DNA from: Bordetella ansorpii
GTDB taxonomy: Bacteria > Pseudomonadota > Gammaproteobacteria > Burkholderiales > Burkholderiaceae_B
NCBI RefSeq assembly: GCF_900078315.1
Contig: NZ_FKBS01000025.1
Span: 648,171 to 672,170, forward strand
Direction of reading: 5' to 3'
DNA: 24,000 nt
The position numbers and the translations under genes were made by a program. Shown piece by piece: positions 1-8,403 of this stretch. Below the pieces are notes generated by a model. The model made no database searches. It had not been told where the DNA came from and saw only the letters and a list, made by a program, of their open reading frames with translations. How positions within the stretch are numbered: the stretch's first letter is position 1; each line of letters begins with the position of its first letter.

Positions 1-2
1 CG

Positions 3-683
3 TGCCGGATGCTGGCGGATGCCCGGCATACCGATGTCTCGCTGGCGCAGATGGCGGACGACTACACCGCCGCCATCCGTTGCGTGCAGCCGCAAGGTCC
101 CTATCATCTGCTGGGCTGGGCGCTGGGCGGCGCGCTGGCGGTCATGGTCTGCGCGCGGCTGGAGCAGACGGGCCAGGCCATCCGATTCCTGGGCCTGGTC
201 GATCCGTTCGTGCCCGCCGGCCCCCAGGGACGGCCGCGCGACTGGCAACAGGATTTCCGCGCGTTCGTGTCGATGCTGGGCGCCGCGGAAGAGGACATCG
301 GCGTGCTGAGAGGACCGTCGGCGCAACAGATGGCGCACGAAGCCATCGCGGAATTGCTGCAGCCCATTCTGGTGCGCTCGAGCCAGCCGCCACACGAGAC
401 CCGGGACGCCGCCGCCGCGGCCACGGCCAGCCGCGAGGTGGCCAAGGCATTTTTCGTGGCCCGGCACCTGAAGCGCCTGGCCGACGAGGCATCCCCCTTG
501 CCCGAATTGCGGATCCGGCCATTGTGCTGGTGGACAGGCCGCAGCGGCCATTCGGCGCGGCAAGCCTTGAAATCGCAACTGCAGGCGGACGAATGGGCCT
601 TCGAGATCGATGCGATGCATGGCACGATGCTCACGCATCCGTCGGTGCTGCAGGCGATCCGGCGTGCGCTGGCGGGACGATAG
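3..683 (+). CDS. Thioesterase-type alpha/beta-hydrolase domain (NRPS/PKS TE-like), 5' end cut by window edge
   Basis: Frame 3 is open from base 3 to the TAG at 681-683. SLAQMADDYTAAIRCVQPQGPYHLLGWALGGALA...FLGLVDP fits the TE-domain pattern (PYxLxGxSxGG followed by LxLxD), and there is a C-terminal DAMHGTML His motif. The ORF probably continues upstream of the window. Confidence 0.7.
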   Translation, partial: CRMLADARHTDVSLAQMADDYTAAIRCVQPQGPYHLLGWALGGALAVMVCARLEQTGQAIRFLGLVDPFVPAGPQGRPRDWQQDFRAFVSMLGAAEEDIGVLRGPSAQQMAHEAIAELLQPILVRSSQPPHETRDAAAAATASREVAKAFFVARHLKRLADEASPLPELRIRPLCWWTGRSGHSARQALKSQLQADEWAFEIDAMHGTMLTHPSVLQAIRRALAGR

Positions 684-834
684 CCGGCGCCGCCCACGGG
701 CCGGCTGCCGTCCTTCCCCGTGAGGCCCGAATTCAACCGCAAGAATCCGGTTTCAGTGCCCACGCAGCGCTCATACACTGGCATCCATCGGGTTCGCTCA
801 CGCGATCCCGCCGTCAAACAACCAGGAGGACGAC

Positions 835-1365
835 ATGACCTGCGTCTACATGCACATGGCCTCGCCAGTGGGCCGACTGAAGCTGGTGGCCCGCGGCGAG
901 AAGCTCGCGGCCATCCTGTGGGAAAACGACCGCCCCAACCGCGTGCCGCTGGGCGACATGCGCGAAGATCCGCGGCACCCCGCCCTGCTGGCGGTGCAGC
1001 GTCAGTTGGACGAATACTTCGCGGGTGAACGCGACCATTTCGAACTAGACCTCGATTTCGCCGGCACCGCGTTCCAGCAGCAGGTGTGGCAGGCGCTTCT
1101 GAGTATTCCGTATGGCCAGACGCGCACCTATCGCGATATCGCCGTGCAGATCGGCAAGCCCGACGCCGTGCGTGCCGTGGGCGCGGCCAATGGCCGCAAT
1201 CCCATCTCCATCATCGCTCCCTGCCATCGCGTGATCGGCTCGTCGGGCAAGCTGACGGGCTTTGCCGGCGGACTGGAAAGAAAGGCCCGGTTGCTGGAAC
1301 TCGAAAGCACGCAGCAAGGCCTGTCCCTGGACCGCACCCGCACCGCGCGGCCGCTGGCGGCCTGA
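835..1365 (+). CDS. ogt: Methylated-DNA--protein-cysteine methyltransferase (O6-alkylguanine-DNA alkyltransferase)
   Basis: 176 aa with the active-site PCHRV motif (IIAPCHRVIGSSGKLTGFAGG) and the YGQTRTYRDIA helix-turn-helix region. AGGAGG lies 5 nt upstream of ATG 835. Confidence 0.9.
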   Translation: MTCVYMHMASPVGRLKLVARGEKLAAILWENDRPNRVPLGDMREDPRHPALLAVQRQLDEYFAGERDHFELDLDFAGTAFQQQVWQALLSIPYGQTRTYRDIAVQIGKPDAVRAVGAANGRNPISIIAPCHRVIGSSGKLTGFAGGLERKARLLELESTQQGLSLDRTRTARPLAA

Positions 1366-1375
1366 CCGAAGCGCC

Positions 1376-2041
1376 ATGGCAAGCACCCGCCGCACCGTCG
1401 CTGCCGCGCAAGCCCCCACATCGGCTCCCATTCCCTCGGCAAGCGGCCTGATCGTGGGCGAGGACGGCCTGGCGCGGCCGCCCTGGGCCGCCGTGGATCC
1501 CCTGTTGCGCGCCTACTACGACACCGAATGGGGCATGCCGGTGCGCGATGAACAGGGCCTGTTCGAACGCCTGGCGCTGGAGGGCTTCCAGTCGGGCCTG
1601 TCGTGGGCCACGATCCTGCGCAAGCGCGAGGCCTTCCGCACGGCGTTCCGAGGCTTCGACCCCGACGTCGTAGCCAGTTTTGGCGATGACGACGTCGCGC
1701 GCCTGATGGCCGATGCCGGCATCGTGCGCAACCGCGCCAAGATCCTGGCCACCATCGTCAACGCCGCGGCAACCCGGCGGTTGCGCGCGGACGGCGGCCT
1801 GGCGGCCTTCATCTGGTCGTTCCAGCCGGCGGCCACGCCCGTGCCGCGCACGCTGGCGCAGATCCCCACGGTGTCGGACGCCTCCACCGCCTTGAGTAAA
1901 GCATTGCGGCAACGCGGCTTTGCCTTCGTGGGCCCCACCACCATGCACGCGCTGATGGAAGCCACCGGCATGATCGACACGCATCTGGTCGGCAGCCACC
2001 GGCGCGGCAGTTCGGGCGTGTGGCCCGCGGATCGCGGATGA
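1376..2041 (+). CDS. tag: DNA-3-methyladenine glycosylase I
   Basis: YYDTEWGMPVRDEQGLFERLALEGFQSGLSWATILRKREAFRTAF...IVRNRAKI is the Tag family signature. I place the start at ATG 1376, 10 nt after the ogt stop; the track ORF from 1262 overlaps ogt and is an upstream extension. Confidence 0.88.
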   Translation: MASTRRTVAAAQAPTSAPIPSASGLIVGEDGLARPPWAAVDPLLRAYYDTEWGMPVRDEQGLFERLALEGFQSGLSWATILRKREAFRTAFRGFDPDVVASFGDDDVARLMADAGIVRNRAKILATIVNAAATRRLRADGGLAAFIWSFQPAATPVPRTLAQIPTVSDASTALSKALRQRGFAFVGPTTMHALMEATGMIDTHLVGSHRRGSSGVWPADRG

Positions 2042-2087
2042 CCCCAGCCGGCGCCGAACCTGCAGACAAGACAACGAAGGAGACCCC

Positions 2088-2765
2088 ATGTTCGCCGTGA
2101 TGTTCGAAGTCCACCCGCGCCCCGAACAGTGGGATGCGTACCTGGGCAACGCCAAACTGCTGAAGCCCGAACTGGAGCAGGTGGACGGCTTCGTCGATAA
2201 CATCCGGTACCGCAGCCTGACGCGCGAAGGCTGGCTGCTGTCGCTATCGAGCTGGCGCGACGAGAAATCCGTGGTGCGCTGGCGCACGCAGATGAAACAC
2301 CATCTGGTTCAGGAGCAGGGACGCGGCCAGATCATGCTGGACTATCACCTGCGAGTAGGCGAGATCACTTCGGACTCCTGTCCACCGCCGGGCCATGTGC
2401 TGCGGCAACAGCGCCTGGATGCCACCGAGGTGGGTGCCGGCACCGTCATCGCGATGATCGACCTGCGCTGTCCGCCGGACTGGACGCAGCGACACTCGGC
2501 CAGCGACGTCGCGCGCGGGCTAGGCCTGCGCGGCGACATCGCGGGGTTGGTTTCGTGGGATGTGCTGGACGCCGTGCTGACGCCCGGCGACGTGATCCTG
2601 TTCCTGTGCCTGCGCGATGAGGTATCGGCCCAGGCTTTCGGCGCCGCCCTGGCGCTACCCGAGGGCGCGCGCCTGCGCACGGTGCGCGTGGTGCGCGACT
2701 ACGGCATGTACGACCGGCGCGAGGCGCCGCAGTACTACCCGGACGTCGCGCGGCCGGCGGCCTGA
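2088..2765 (+). CDS. Antibiotic-biosynthesis-monooxygenase (ABM) domain protein with extra C-terminal domain
   Basis: 225 aa. The N-terminal ~100 aa (MFAVMFEVHPRPEQWDAYL...LLSLSSWRDEKSVVRWRTQMKHH) matches the ABM/ferredoxin-like fold pattern. GAAGGAGA lies upstream of ATG 2088. The C-terminal half is unassigned. Confidence 0.6.
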   Translation: MFAVMFEVHPRPEQWDAYLGNAKLLKPELEQVDGFVDNIRYRSLTREGWLLSLSSWRDEKSVVRWRTQMKHHLVQEQGRGQIMLDYHLRVGEITSDSCPPPGHVLRQQRLDATEVGAGTVIAMIDLRCPPDWTQRHSASDVARGLGLRGDIAGLVSWDVLDAVLTPGDVILFLCLRDEVSAQAFGAALALPEGARLRTVRVVRDYGMYDRREAPQYYPDVARPAA

Positions 2766-2782
2766 CCGCCGGCCGGCTCCGA

Positions 2783-3898
2783 TCAGGCCAGGCGGGTCAG
2801 CCAGTTGTGGCGATCCGCCACGCGGCCGTACTGGATGTCGGTCAGTTCCTGGCGCAGCGCCATGGTCAGCTTGCCGGCCGGGGCGGACGCGTCGCCCGCC
2901 ACGAAGCCCTTGCCCTTCAGCGCGGCGATCGGGGTGACCACCGCCGCGGTGCCGCACGCGAAGGCCTCGATGACCTGGCCCGAGGCCACGCCGTCACGCC
3001 ATTCGTCGATGGAGACCTTGCGCTCCTGCACGTCGTGGCCGCGATCGCGGGCCAGCTGGATGATGCTGGCGCGCGTCACGCCTTCCAGGATGCTGCCCGA
3101 CAGTTCGGGGGTGACCAGCGTGCCGTCCTTCATCACCAGGAACACGTTCATGCCGCCCAGTTCTTCCAGGTACTTGCCTTCCAGCGGATCCAGGAACAGC
3201 ACCTGGGCGCAGCCGTTTTCATAGGCTTCCTGCTGCGGCAACAGCGACGCGGCGTAGTTGCCGCCGCATTTGGCCGCGCCCGTACCGCCCTTGGCGGCGC
3301 GCGCGTAGTCGGTGGACAGCCAGATCGACACCGGCGCCACGCCGTTGGCGAAGTACGGACCCGCCGGGCTGGCGATCACGTAGTAGGCGGCCCGGTGCGC
3401 CGAACGCACGCCCAGGAAGCTTTCATTGGCGATCATGAAGGGGCGGATGTACAGGCTGGTCTCGGGCGCCGACGGCACCCAGTCGGCATCCACGGCCAGC
3501 AGTTGCTTCAACGACTCGACGAACAGGTCGGTGGGCAGTTCGGGCAGCGCCAGGCGGCGGGCCGAACGCTGCATGCGATCGCCGTTGGCTTCGGGACGGA
3601 ACGTCCAGATCGAGCCGTCGGCGTGACGGTAGGCCTTCAGGCCCTCGAAGATTTCCTGCGCGTAGTGCAGCACCGAGGCGGCCGGGTCCAGTTGCAGCGG
3701 GCCGTAGGGCAGTACCTGCGCGTCATGCCAACCCTGTTCCACCGTCCAGTCGATCGAGATCATGTGGTCGGTGAAGTGCTTGCCGAAGCCCGGATTGGCC
3801 AGAATGGCCTCGCGTTCGGCAAGTACCCGCGCCGCCTGCGAACGCGTCGTCTTGAAAGGAATCGGGAAAGTGGCGGTGGGAGACGTGGTGGTGCTCAT
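2783..3898 (-). CDS. ilvE: Branched-chain amino acid aminotransferase (class IV, long IlvE type)
   Basis: 371 aa. Motifs FGKHFTDHM, YAQEIFEGLKAYR, LYIRPF, AKCGGNYAASLL, EELGGMNVF, GVTR and ACGTAAVVTP are typical of the ~365-aa BCAT family. Confidence 0.92.
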   Translation of the reverse strand: MSTTTSPTATFPIPFKTTRSQAARVLAEREAILANPGFGKHFTDHMISIDWTVEQGWHDAQVLPYGPLQLDPAASVLHYAQEIFEGLKAYRHADGSIWTFRPEANGDRMQRSARRLALPELPTDLFVESLKQLLAVDADWVPSAPETSLYIRPFMIANESFLGVRSAHRAAYYVIASPAGPYFANGVAPVSIWLSTDYARAAKGGTGAAKCGGNYAASLLPQQEAYENGCAQVLFLDPLEGKYLEELGGMNVFLVMKDGTLVTPELSGSILEGVTRASIIQLARDRGHDVQERKVSIDEWRDGVASGQVIEAFACGTAAVVTPIAALKGKGFVAGDASAPAGKLTMALRQELTDIQYGRVADRHNWLTRLA

Positions 3899-4093
3899 TT
3901 TCGCTGGCGTAGAAGGGGTCGGCGTGCCGGCGCGCGGCAGGGCGGCGCGCCGGGGTGTCGTGCCAGTTTAATCCTTCTTGCTTTCCCCTCCCTGGACGGG
4001 CAGATTGGGCCCTGGCTCCGTCCCCAAGCAAGAGCCCGCCATGCCTGCCTCTGCTAACCTACGCCGGCCGTTCCCGTCCAGACCGCACAGGCC

Positions 4094-4828
4094 ATGCATC
4101 CCGTCTCTCTGACCCCCGGTACTGCCCCCACGCCCCGCCTGCTTCTGCTCGAAGACGACCCCGCCATCGCGCGCACCGTCGCCTACACGTTCGAACGCGA
4201 AGGCCTGGCGGTCCAACATACGCCCCTGGTCGCCCAGGCCCGGCTGATCCTGTCCGGCGACACGCCCCCCGACCTGGCCGTGCTGGACGTCGGCCTGCCC
4301 GATGGCAGCGGACTGGACCTGTGCCGGGAACTGCGCCAGGCGGGCTCGACCCTGCCCGTGATCCTGCTGACCGCGCGCAGCGACGAGATCGACCGCGTGC
4401 TGGGCCTGGAGCTGGGCGCGGACGACTACATCGCCAAACCCTTCAGCCCGCGCGAACTGGTGGCGCGCGTGCGCGCACTGCTGCGCCGCAGCCGCATGCC
4501 CTCCACCGCCGCCGTCGCCCCGGTGCTGGCCGAGCCGCTGTTCAACGTCGACGAGGCCGGCAGCCGCATCCGCTTCAGCGGCCAGTGGCTGGCGCTGACC
4601 CGCCGCGAGTTGGGCCTCCTGCAGCGCCTGCTGCACGCCCCCGGCCGCATCCACACCCGCGATGCGCTGCTGGATGCCGTCTGGGGCCACAGCGCCGACA
4701 GCGGCGACCGCACCGTCGATACGCACATCAAGACGCTGCGCGCCAAGCTGCGCGAGATCCGCCCCGACCTCGATCCCATCGTCACCCATCGGGGACTGGG
4801 ATATTCGCTGGAACTGCCGGCGGCATGA
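4094..4828 (+). CDS. creB: OmpR-family response regulator CreB
   Basis: 244 aa with a canonical receiver (LLLEDD, DLAVLDVGLPDGSG, VILLTAR, ADDYIAKPF) and a winged-helix C-terminus (TVDTHIKTLRAKL, THRGLGY). It is ATGA-coupled to the downstream CreC-like kinase. Confidence 0.85.
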   Translation: MHPVSLTPGTAPTPRLLLLEDDPAIARTVAYTFEREGLAVQHTPLVAQARLILSGDTPPDLAVLDVGLPDGSGLDLCRELRQAGSTLPVILLTARSDEIDRVLGLELGADDYIAKPFSPRELVARVRALLRRSRMPSTAAVAPVLAEPLFNVDEAGSRIRFSGQWLALTRRELGLLQRLLHAPGRIHTRDALLDAVWGHSADSGDRTVDTHIKTLRAKLREIRPDLDPIVTHRGLGYSLELPAA

Positions 4829-6261
4829 AACTCGGCCTGCGCCTGCTGCTGGGCTTCTTCCTCATCGCCGGTCTGGCGGCCGTCTTCGTGCTGCGCGCCT
4901 TCGTGGTCGAGATCAAGCCCAGCGCGCGCGAGGTGATGGAAGACATCCTGGTAGACACGTCCAACCTGCTGGCCGAGCAGGCGGCGGCTCCGCTGGCCGC
5001 CATGCCGCCCGGCGGCACGCTGGAAGACAGCGAACTGGCCCGCAGCATCCGCGACTACGCCACACGGCCCGTCAACGCCCGCATCTGGGGCCTGGACAAG
5101 CGTTCGCTGGATTTCCGCGTCTACGTCACCGACGCCACCGGCCGCGTGGTGCTCGACTCGCGCACGCCTTCGGCAGTGGGCCAGGACTACTCGCGCTGGA
5201 ACGACGTGATGCGCACCCTGCGCGGCGAGTACGGCGCGCGCTCCACGCACGAATCCACACAGAAGAACGAAGACGGCACCATGTACGTGGCCGCCCCTGT
5301 TCAGCGCGACGGCCGGTTGCTGGGCGTGCTGACGGTCTCCAAGCCGGCCTCGACGGTGGCCCGGTTCGTCGACCGCGCCGAGCGCAAGGTGCTGGTGGCC
5401 GGCGGCTGGCTGTTCGGCCTGTCGCTGCTGGTGGGCGTGCTGGTCACGCTGTGGATCGTGTGGTCGGTGCGGCGGCTGCGGCATTACGCGCAACACGTGC
5501 AGGCCGGGCAGGCCCTGGCCGTGCCGCGCCTGCCCGGCGAACTGGGCGACCTGGCGCGCGCGATGGAAGCCATGCGCCTGCGCCTCGAGGGCCGCGAGCA
5601 CATGGAGCAGGTGGTGCGCGCCTTCACCCACGAACTGAAAAGCCCGCTGGCCGCGATACGCGGCGCCGGCGAACTGCTGCAGGATCCCCTGCCCGCGGCT
5701 GATCGCCAGCTCTTCGCCACGCAGGTGCTGGAGCAGTCCGAAAGGCTGCGTGTGCTGGTGGACCGCATGCTGGATCTGTCCAAGCTGGAAAGCCGCGGCA
5801 GCCTGGCCCACGCCCCGCGCCTACGGCTGGACAGCTGCGCGGCCCAGGCTTTGCAGGCCCAGCAGGCACGCATCGACCAGCGCGGATTACAGGTCCGCTG
5901 GCTGCGGCAGGAAACCGCCGAAACCCGCGGCGACGCCGAACTGGTCGCTCTGGCCATCGGCAACCTGCTGGCCAACGCGCTGGATTTTTCGCCCGAGGGC
6001 GCGTGGCTAGATCTGTCCGTGTGGCGCGACGGCGCGCAGGTGCTGTTCGAGCTGCGCGACCACGGGCCAGGCGTTCCCGACTATGCCCTGCCGCAACTGG
6101 GCAAACGCTTCTACTCCACGGCCCGGCCCAATGGCGGCGACAAGGGCAGCGGCCTGGGCCTGGCCATTGTGGAACAGGTGATGGCGCTGCATGGCGGATC
6201 GCTGGAACTGACGCCGGCAGAACCGGGATTGGTGGCGCGGCTGCGGTTTCCGGCAGGGTAA
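4825..6261 (+). CDS. creC: Sensor histidine kinase CreC
   Basis: 478 aa from ATG 4825, which overlaps the creB stop. The N-terminus MKLGLRLLLGFFLIAGLAAVFVLRAFVVEIKPSAR resembles the E. coli CreC N-terminus. A periplasmic loop and second TM follow, then the H-box FTHELKSPLAAIRG, N-box NLLANALDFS and G-box GSGLGLAIV. The 768-aa track ORF from 3955 is an artefactual extension across creB. Confidence 0.85.
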   Translation: MKLGLRLLLGFFLIAGLAAVFVLRAFVVEIKPSAREVMEDILVDTSNLLAEQAAAPLAAMPPGGTLEDSELARSIRDYATRPVNARIWGLDKRSLDFRVYVTDATGRVVLDSRTPSAVGQDYSRWNDVMRTLRGEYGARSTHESTQKNEDGTMYVAAPVQRDGRLLGVLTVSKPASTVARFVDRAERKVLVAGGWLFGLSLLVGVLVTLWIVWSVRRLRHYAQHVQAGQALAVPRLPGELGDLARAMEAMRLRLEGREHMEQVVRAFTHELKSPLAAIRGAGELLQDPLPAADRQLFATQVLEQSERLRVLVDRMLDLSKLESRGSLAHAPRLRLDSCAAQALQAQQARIDQRGLQVRWLRQETAETRGDAELVALAIGNLLANALDFSPEGAWLDLSVWRDGAQVLFELRDHGPGVPDYALPQLGKRFYSTARPNGGDKGSGLGLAIVEQVMALHGGSLELTPAEPGLVARLRFPAG

Positions 6262-6310
6262 TAGCGTCCTGAAGCTGGGGCTGAATGACCTGGAAGGGAC
6301 GTAAAGCAGA

Positions 6311-6476
6311 TTGAATGAAGATATCAAGGCACGGCTGAGAAGCCTGCCAAAGAGTTGCAGTTTTCTTGTTCCGGCAGGTTCGAGTTTTGCATCGTCCTCA
6401 TCCATCGCCAAACATGGACAAAGGAGCGATAGCTGCCCTGCGCAAGTGGCTCGAGGAAAACGGAATCGAACCATGA
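6311..6476 (+). pseudogene. Decayed hicA-like toxin gene (frameshifted, shortened)
   Basis: No intact ORF exists where a HicA partner should be. Frame 2 from TTG 6311 reads NEDIKARLRSLPKSCSFLVPAGSSF (HicA N-terminal pattern, with GSS where GSH is expected). Frame 3 reads ...HRPHPSPNMDKGAIAALRKWLEENGIEP* (HicA C-terminal pattern) and its TGA overlaps the hicB ATG. The span is 166 nt, not a multiple of 3. Confidence 0.35.
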
Positions 6477-6808
6477 AGAATCTCATGATCATCGATGGCT
6501 ATAAAGCCTCGATTGCTTTCGACCCTGAAATAGACATGTTCAGAGGCGAATTCATTGGCTTGAATGGCGGGGCAGACTTCTACGCGACGGATGTCGAAGG
6601 GCTACGCCAGGAAGGAAAGATCTCGCTGGAGACTTTCCTGCAAGAGTGCCGCGCGCGAGGCGTCGAACCGCGCAAGGATTTCTCCGGAAAATTTGTACTC
6701 AGGGTGCCGCCTGCCGTCCACGAAGCCGCCGCCGCAGCAGCGGCCGCACATGGCGAAAGCCTGAACCAATGGATCGCAAGCGTCATCAAGAAAGCTTCGC
6801 ACGCTTGA
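6473..6808 (+). CDS. hicB: HicB-family type II antitoxin
   Basis: 111 aa. MIIDGYKASIAFDPEIDMFRGEFIGLNGGADFYATDVEGLRQEGKISLETFLQECRARGVEPRKDFSGKFVLRVPPAVH...SLNQWIASVI matches the HicB layout: a partial RNase-H-like N-domain, SGKFxLR, then an RHH-like tail. It sits in a local low-GC patch. Confidence 0.8.
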   Translation: MKNLMIIDGYKASIAFDPEIDMFRGEFIGLNGGADFYATDVEGLRQEGKISLETFLQECRARGVEPRKDFSGKFVLRVPPAVHEAAAAAAAAHGESLNQWIASVIKKASHA

Positions 6809-6840
6809 CGCCACGCCGGCCGGCAAGCGCAGGCAAGAAC

Positions 6841-6876
6841 TTCACATTCCCCTCACACACTTCATCGCCTGCTCAC
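6841..6876 (+). promoter_or_regulatory. Two tandem cre-tag-like direct repeats (candidate CreB binding sites) upstream of creD
   Basis: TTCAC-attccc-CTCAC at 6841-6856 and TTCAT-cgcctg-CTCAC at 6861-6876. Pentamer starts are at 6841, 6852, 6861 and 6872. The E. coli cre-tag is, as I recall it, TTCACnnnnnnTTCAC. The site lies 52-87 nt upstream of the creD ATG. Confidence 0.45.
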
Positions 6877-6927
6877 CCTCCCTCGTCAGACTGCGCTGCA
6901 TCAGACACCTGACGGAGAGGAAAGACC

Positions 6928-8319
6928 ATGAAGAACCCTGTTTTGGTCAAGGGAGCGGCCCTGTTGCTGGTCCTGGCCTGCCTGGCCTACGGCCTGTTCA
7001 GCATCGGCGACATCGTCTACGAGCGCCACGGCAACCAGCGCACCGCCGAAATGAACGTCGAGCAGGACCAGGTCGGCAAGCAGACGCTGATGGGTCCGGT
7101 CCTGCAGCGCTACTGCACCGAGGAATGGCAGACCTGGGAAGGCGAAGGCACGGCGCGCAAGCTGCGCAACGAACGGCGCAATTTCATGCTGACCGCCCCC
7201 CCGGGTGCGCTGCAGATCGACGCCCAGGTCGACCAGGACCCGCGCTATCGCGGCATCTTCCGCATCGACACCTACGCGGCCAAGACACGCCTGAAGGCGC
7301 AATGGCCCGCCTCGGACGCCATGCTGCCGCCGCGCTCCGAACACGCCGACGGGCGCGTGCAATGCGAGGCCCCCACCCTGATGGTCGCGCTGATGGACGC
7401 CCGCGGCATCCGCTCGGCGCATGCCACCGTAAACGGCAACGAAGTGTCCATCCAACCCGGCACGCAGCACCCGAGCTACCCGCGCGGCTTCCACATGCAG
7501 TTGGACGAAACCGCCGCCGGCCGGGAACTGAATGCCGAAGTCAGCCTGGAGCTGCTGGGCACGGGCCAGATCTCGTTCGCGCCGGTGGCGGAATCCACGC
7601 AGGTGAAGATGAACGCCGACTGGCCGCACCCCTCGTTCGGAGGCCGCTTCCTGCCGGCAGAGCGCACGGTCACTGACAAGGGTTTCGAAGCCACGTGGCG
7701 CGTCTTCTCGCTGGCCACCACCGCCCCCTCCGACTACGGCCGCGGCGTGCAACTGTGCGCCAACGACATGCGCCAGGAATACGGCCCCGAGCCGGGCACC
7801 TGCGTGGAAAGCTTCGGCGTGGCCTTCTTCGACCCCGTCAATCCGTATTCGCTCAGCTCGCGAGCCGTGAAGTACGGCATGCTGTTCGTCGGCCTGACCT
7901 TCATCGCGGTGGGCATGCTGGAGCTGCTGCGCCGCCTGCGTGTGCACCCCATGCAATACCTGCTGGTAGGCTGCGCGCTGAGCATCTTCTTCCTGCTGCT
8001 GCTCAGCCTGTCCGAGCATATGCCGTTCGGTTGGGCCTATGCCTGCGCCAGCCTCGCGTGCAGCCTGCTGCTGGCCGTATACGTCAGCTACGCCATGGGC
8101 GGCAAGCGCACCGGCATGGGGTTCGGCGTGGGGGTGGCCGGTCTGTACGGCGCGCTGTATGTGGTGCTGCAAAGCGAGCAGGCCGCATTGATGATGGGCT
8201 CGTTGCTGCTGTTCGCCGTGCTGGCCGCCGTGATGCTGGCCACCCGCAAGCTGGATTGGTACGGCGTGCTGGGCAGCGACAAGGCGGCGCAGAAACCCGC
8301 CCGTCCGCCGGCGCCTTGA
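6928..8319 (+). CDS. creD: Cell-envelope integrity inner-membrane protein CreD
   Basis: 463 aa with an N-terminal TM segment, a large periplasmic part containing NADWPHPSFGGRFLPAERTVTDKGFEATWRV (a CreD hallmark), then about five C-terminal TM segments. GGAGAGG lies upstream of ATG 6928. Confidence 0.85.
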   Translation: MKNPVLVKGAALLLVLACLAYGLFSIGDIVYERHGNQRTAEMNVEQDQVGKQTLMGPVLQRYCTEEWQTWEGEGTARKLRNERRNFMLTAPPGALQIDAQVDQDPRYRGIFRIDTYAAKTRLKAQWPASDAMLPPRSEHADGRVQCEAPTLMVALMDARGIRSAHATVNGNEVSIQPGTQHPSYPRGFHMQLDETAAGRELNAEVSLELLGTGQISFAPVAESTQVKMNADWPHPSFGGRFLPAERTVTDKGFEATWRVFSLATTAPSDYGRGVQLCANDMRQEYGPEPGTCVESFGVAFFDPVNPYSLSSRAVKYGMLFVGLTFIAVGMLELLRRLRVHPMQYLLVGCALSIFFLLLLSLSEHMPFGWAYACASLACSLLLAVYVSYAMGGKRTGMGFGVGVAGLYGALYVVLQSEQAALMMGSLLLFAVLAAVMLATRKLDWYGVLGSDKAAQKPARPPAP

Positions 8320-8403
8320 CCCGAACCAGAAAGACCGCCGCCCTGCCGGCAGCCCTTGAGAATGCCGGGCGTTCTGGGCGGTAACGCCAGGCCAGGCCCC
8401 GGA

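Noticed and set aside
2807-4057. Long ORFs antisense to or overlapping real genes (this 416-aa one on ilvE; also 6901-8172 on creD, 4426-5811 on creC, 11815-13638 on the acyl-CoA synthetase, 13171-14751 on the MFS gene, 14677-15774 and 14812-15909 on exoD, 18202-19554 on obg, 19588-20547 on proB, 22217-23197)
   Set aside because: Their translations are low-complexity Arg/Gly/Ala/Pro-rich with no recognisable motifs, and each is shadowed by a well-supported gene in another frame. This is expected from stop-codon scarcity in ~67% GC DNA.
3955-6261. 768-aa ORF in the track spanning creB and creC
   Set aside because: Only the last 478 aa (from ATG 4825, ATGA-coupled to the creB stop) look like a protein, namely CreC. 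The upstream 290 aa are Arg/Pro/Ala-rich out-of-frame reading of creB, a typical high-GC artefact.
6459-6472. GGAATCGAACC, resembling the complement of a tRNA T-arm (GGATTCGAACC in the tRNA-Pro gene), as a possible tRNA fragment or att site
   Set aside because: The match is only ~11 nt with a mismatch, there is no surrounding cloverleaf, and it is explained as coding sequence for the HicA-like C-terminus (..ENGIEP).
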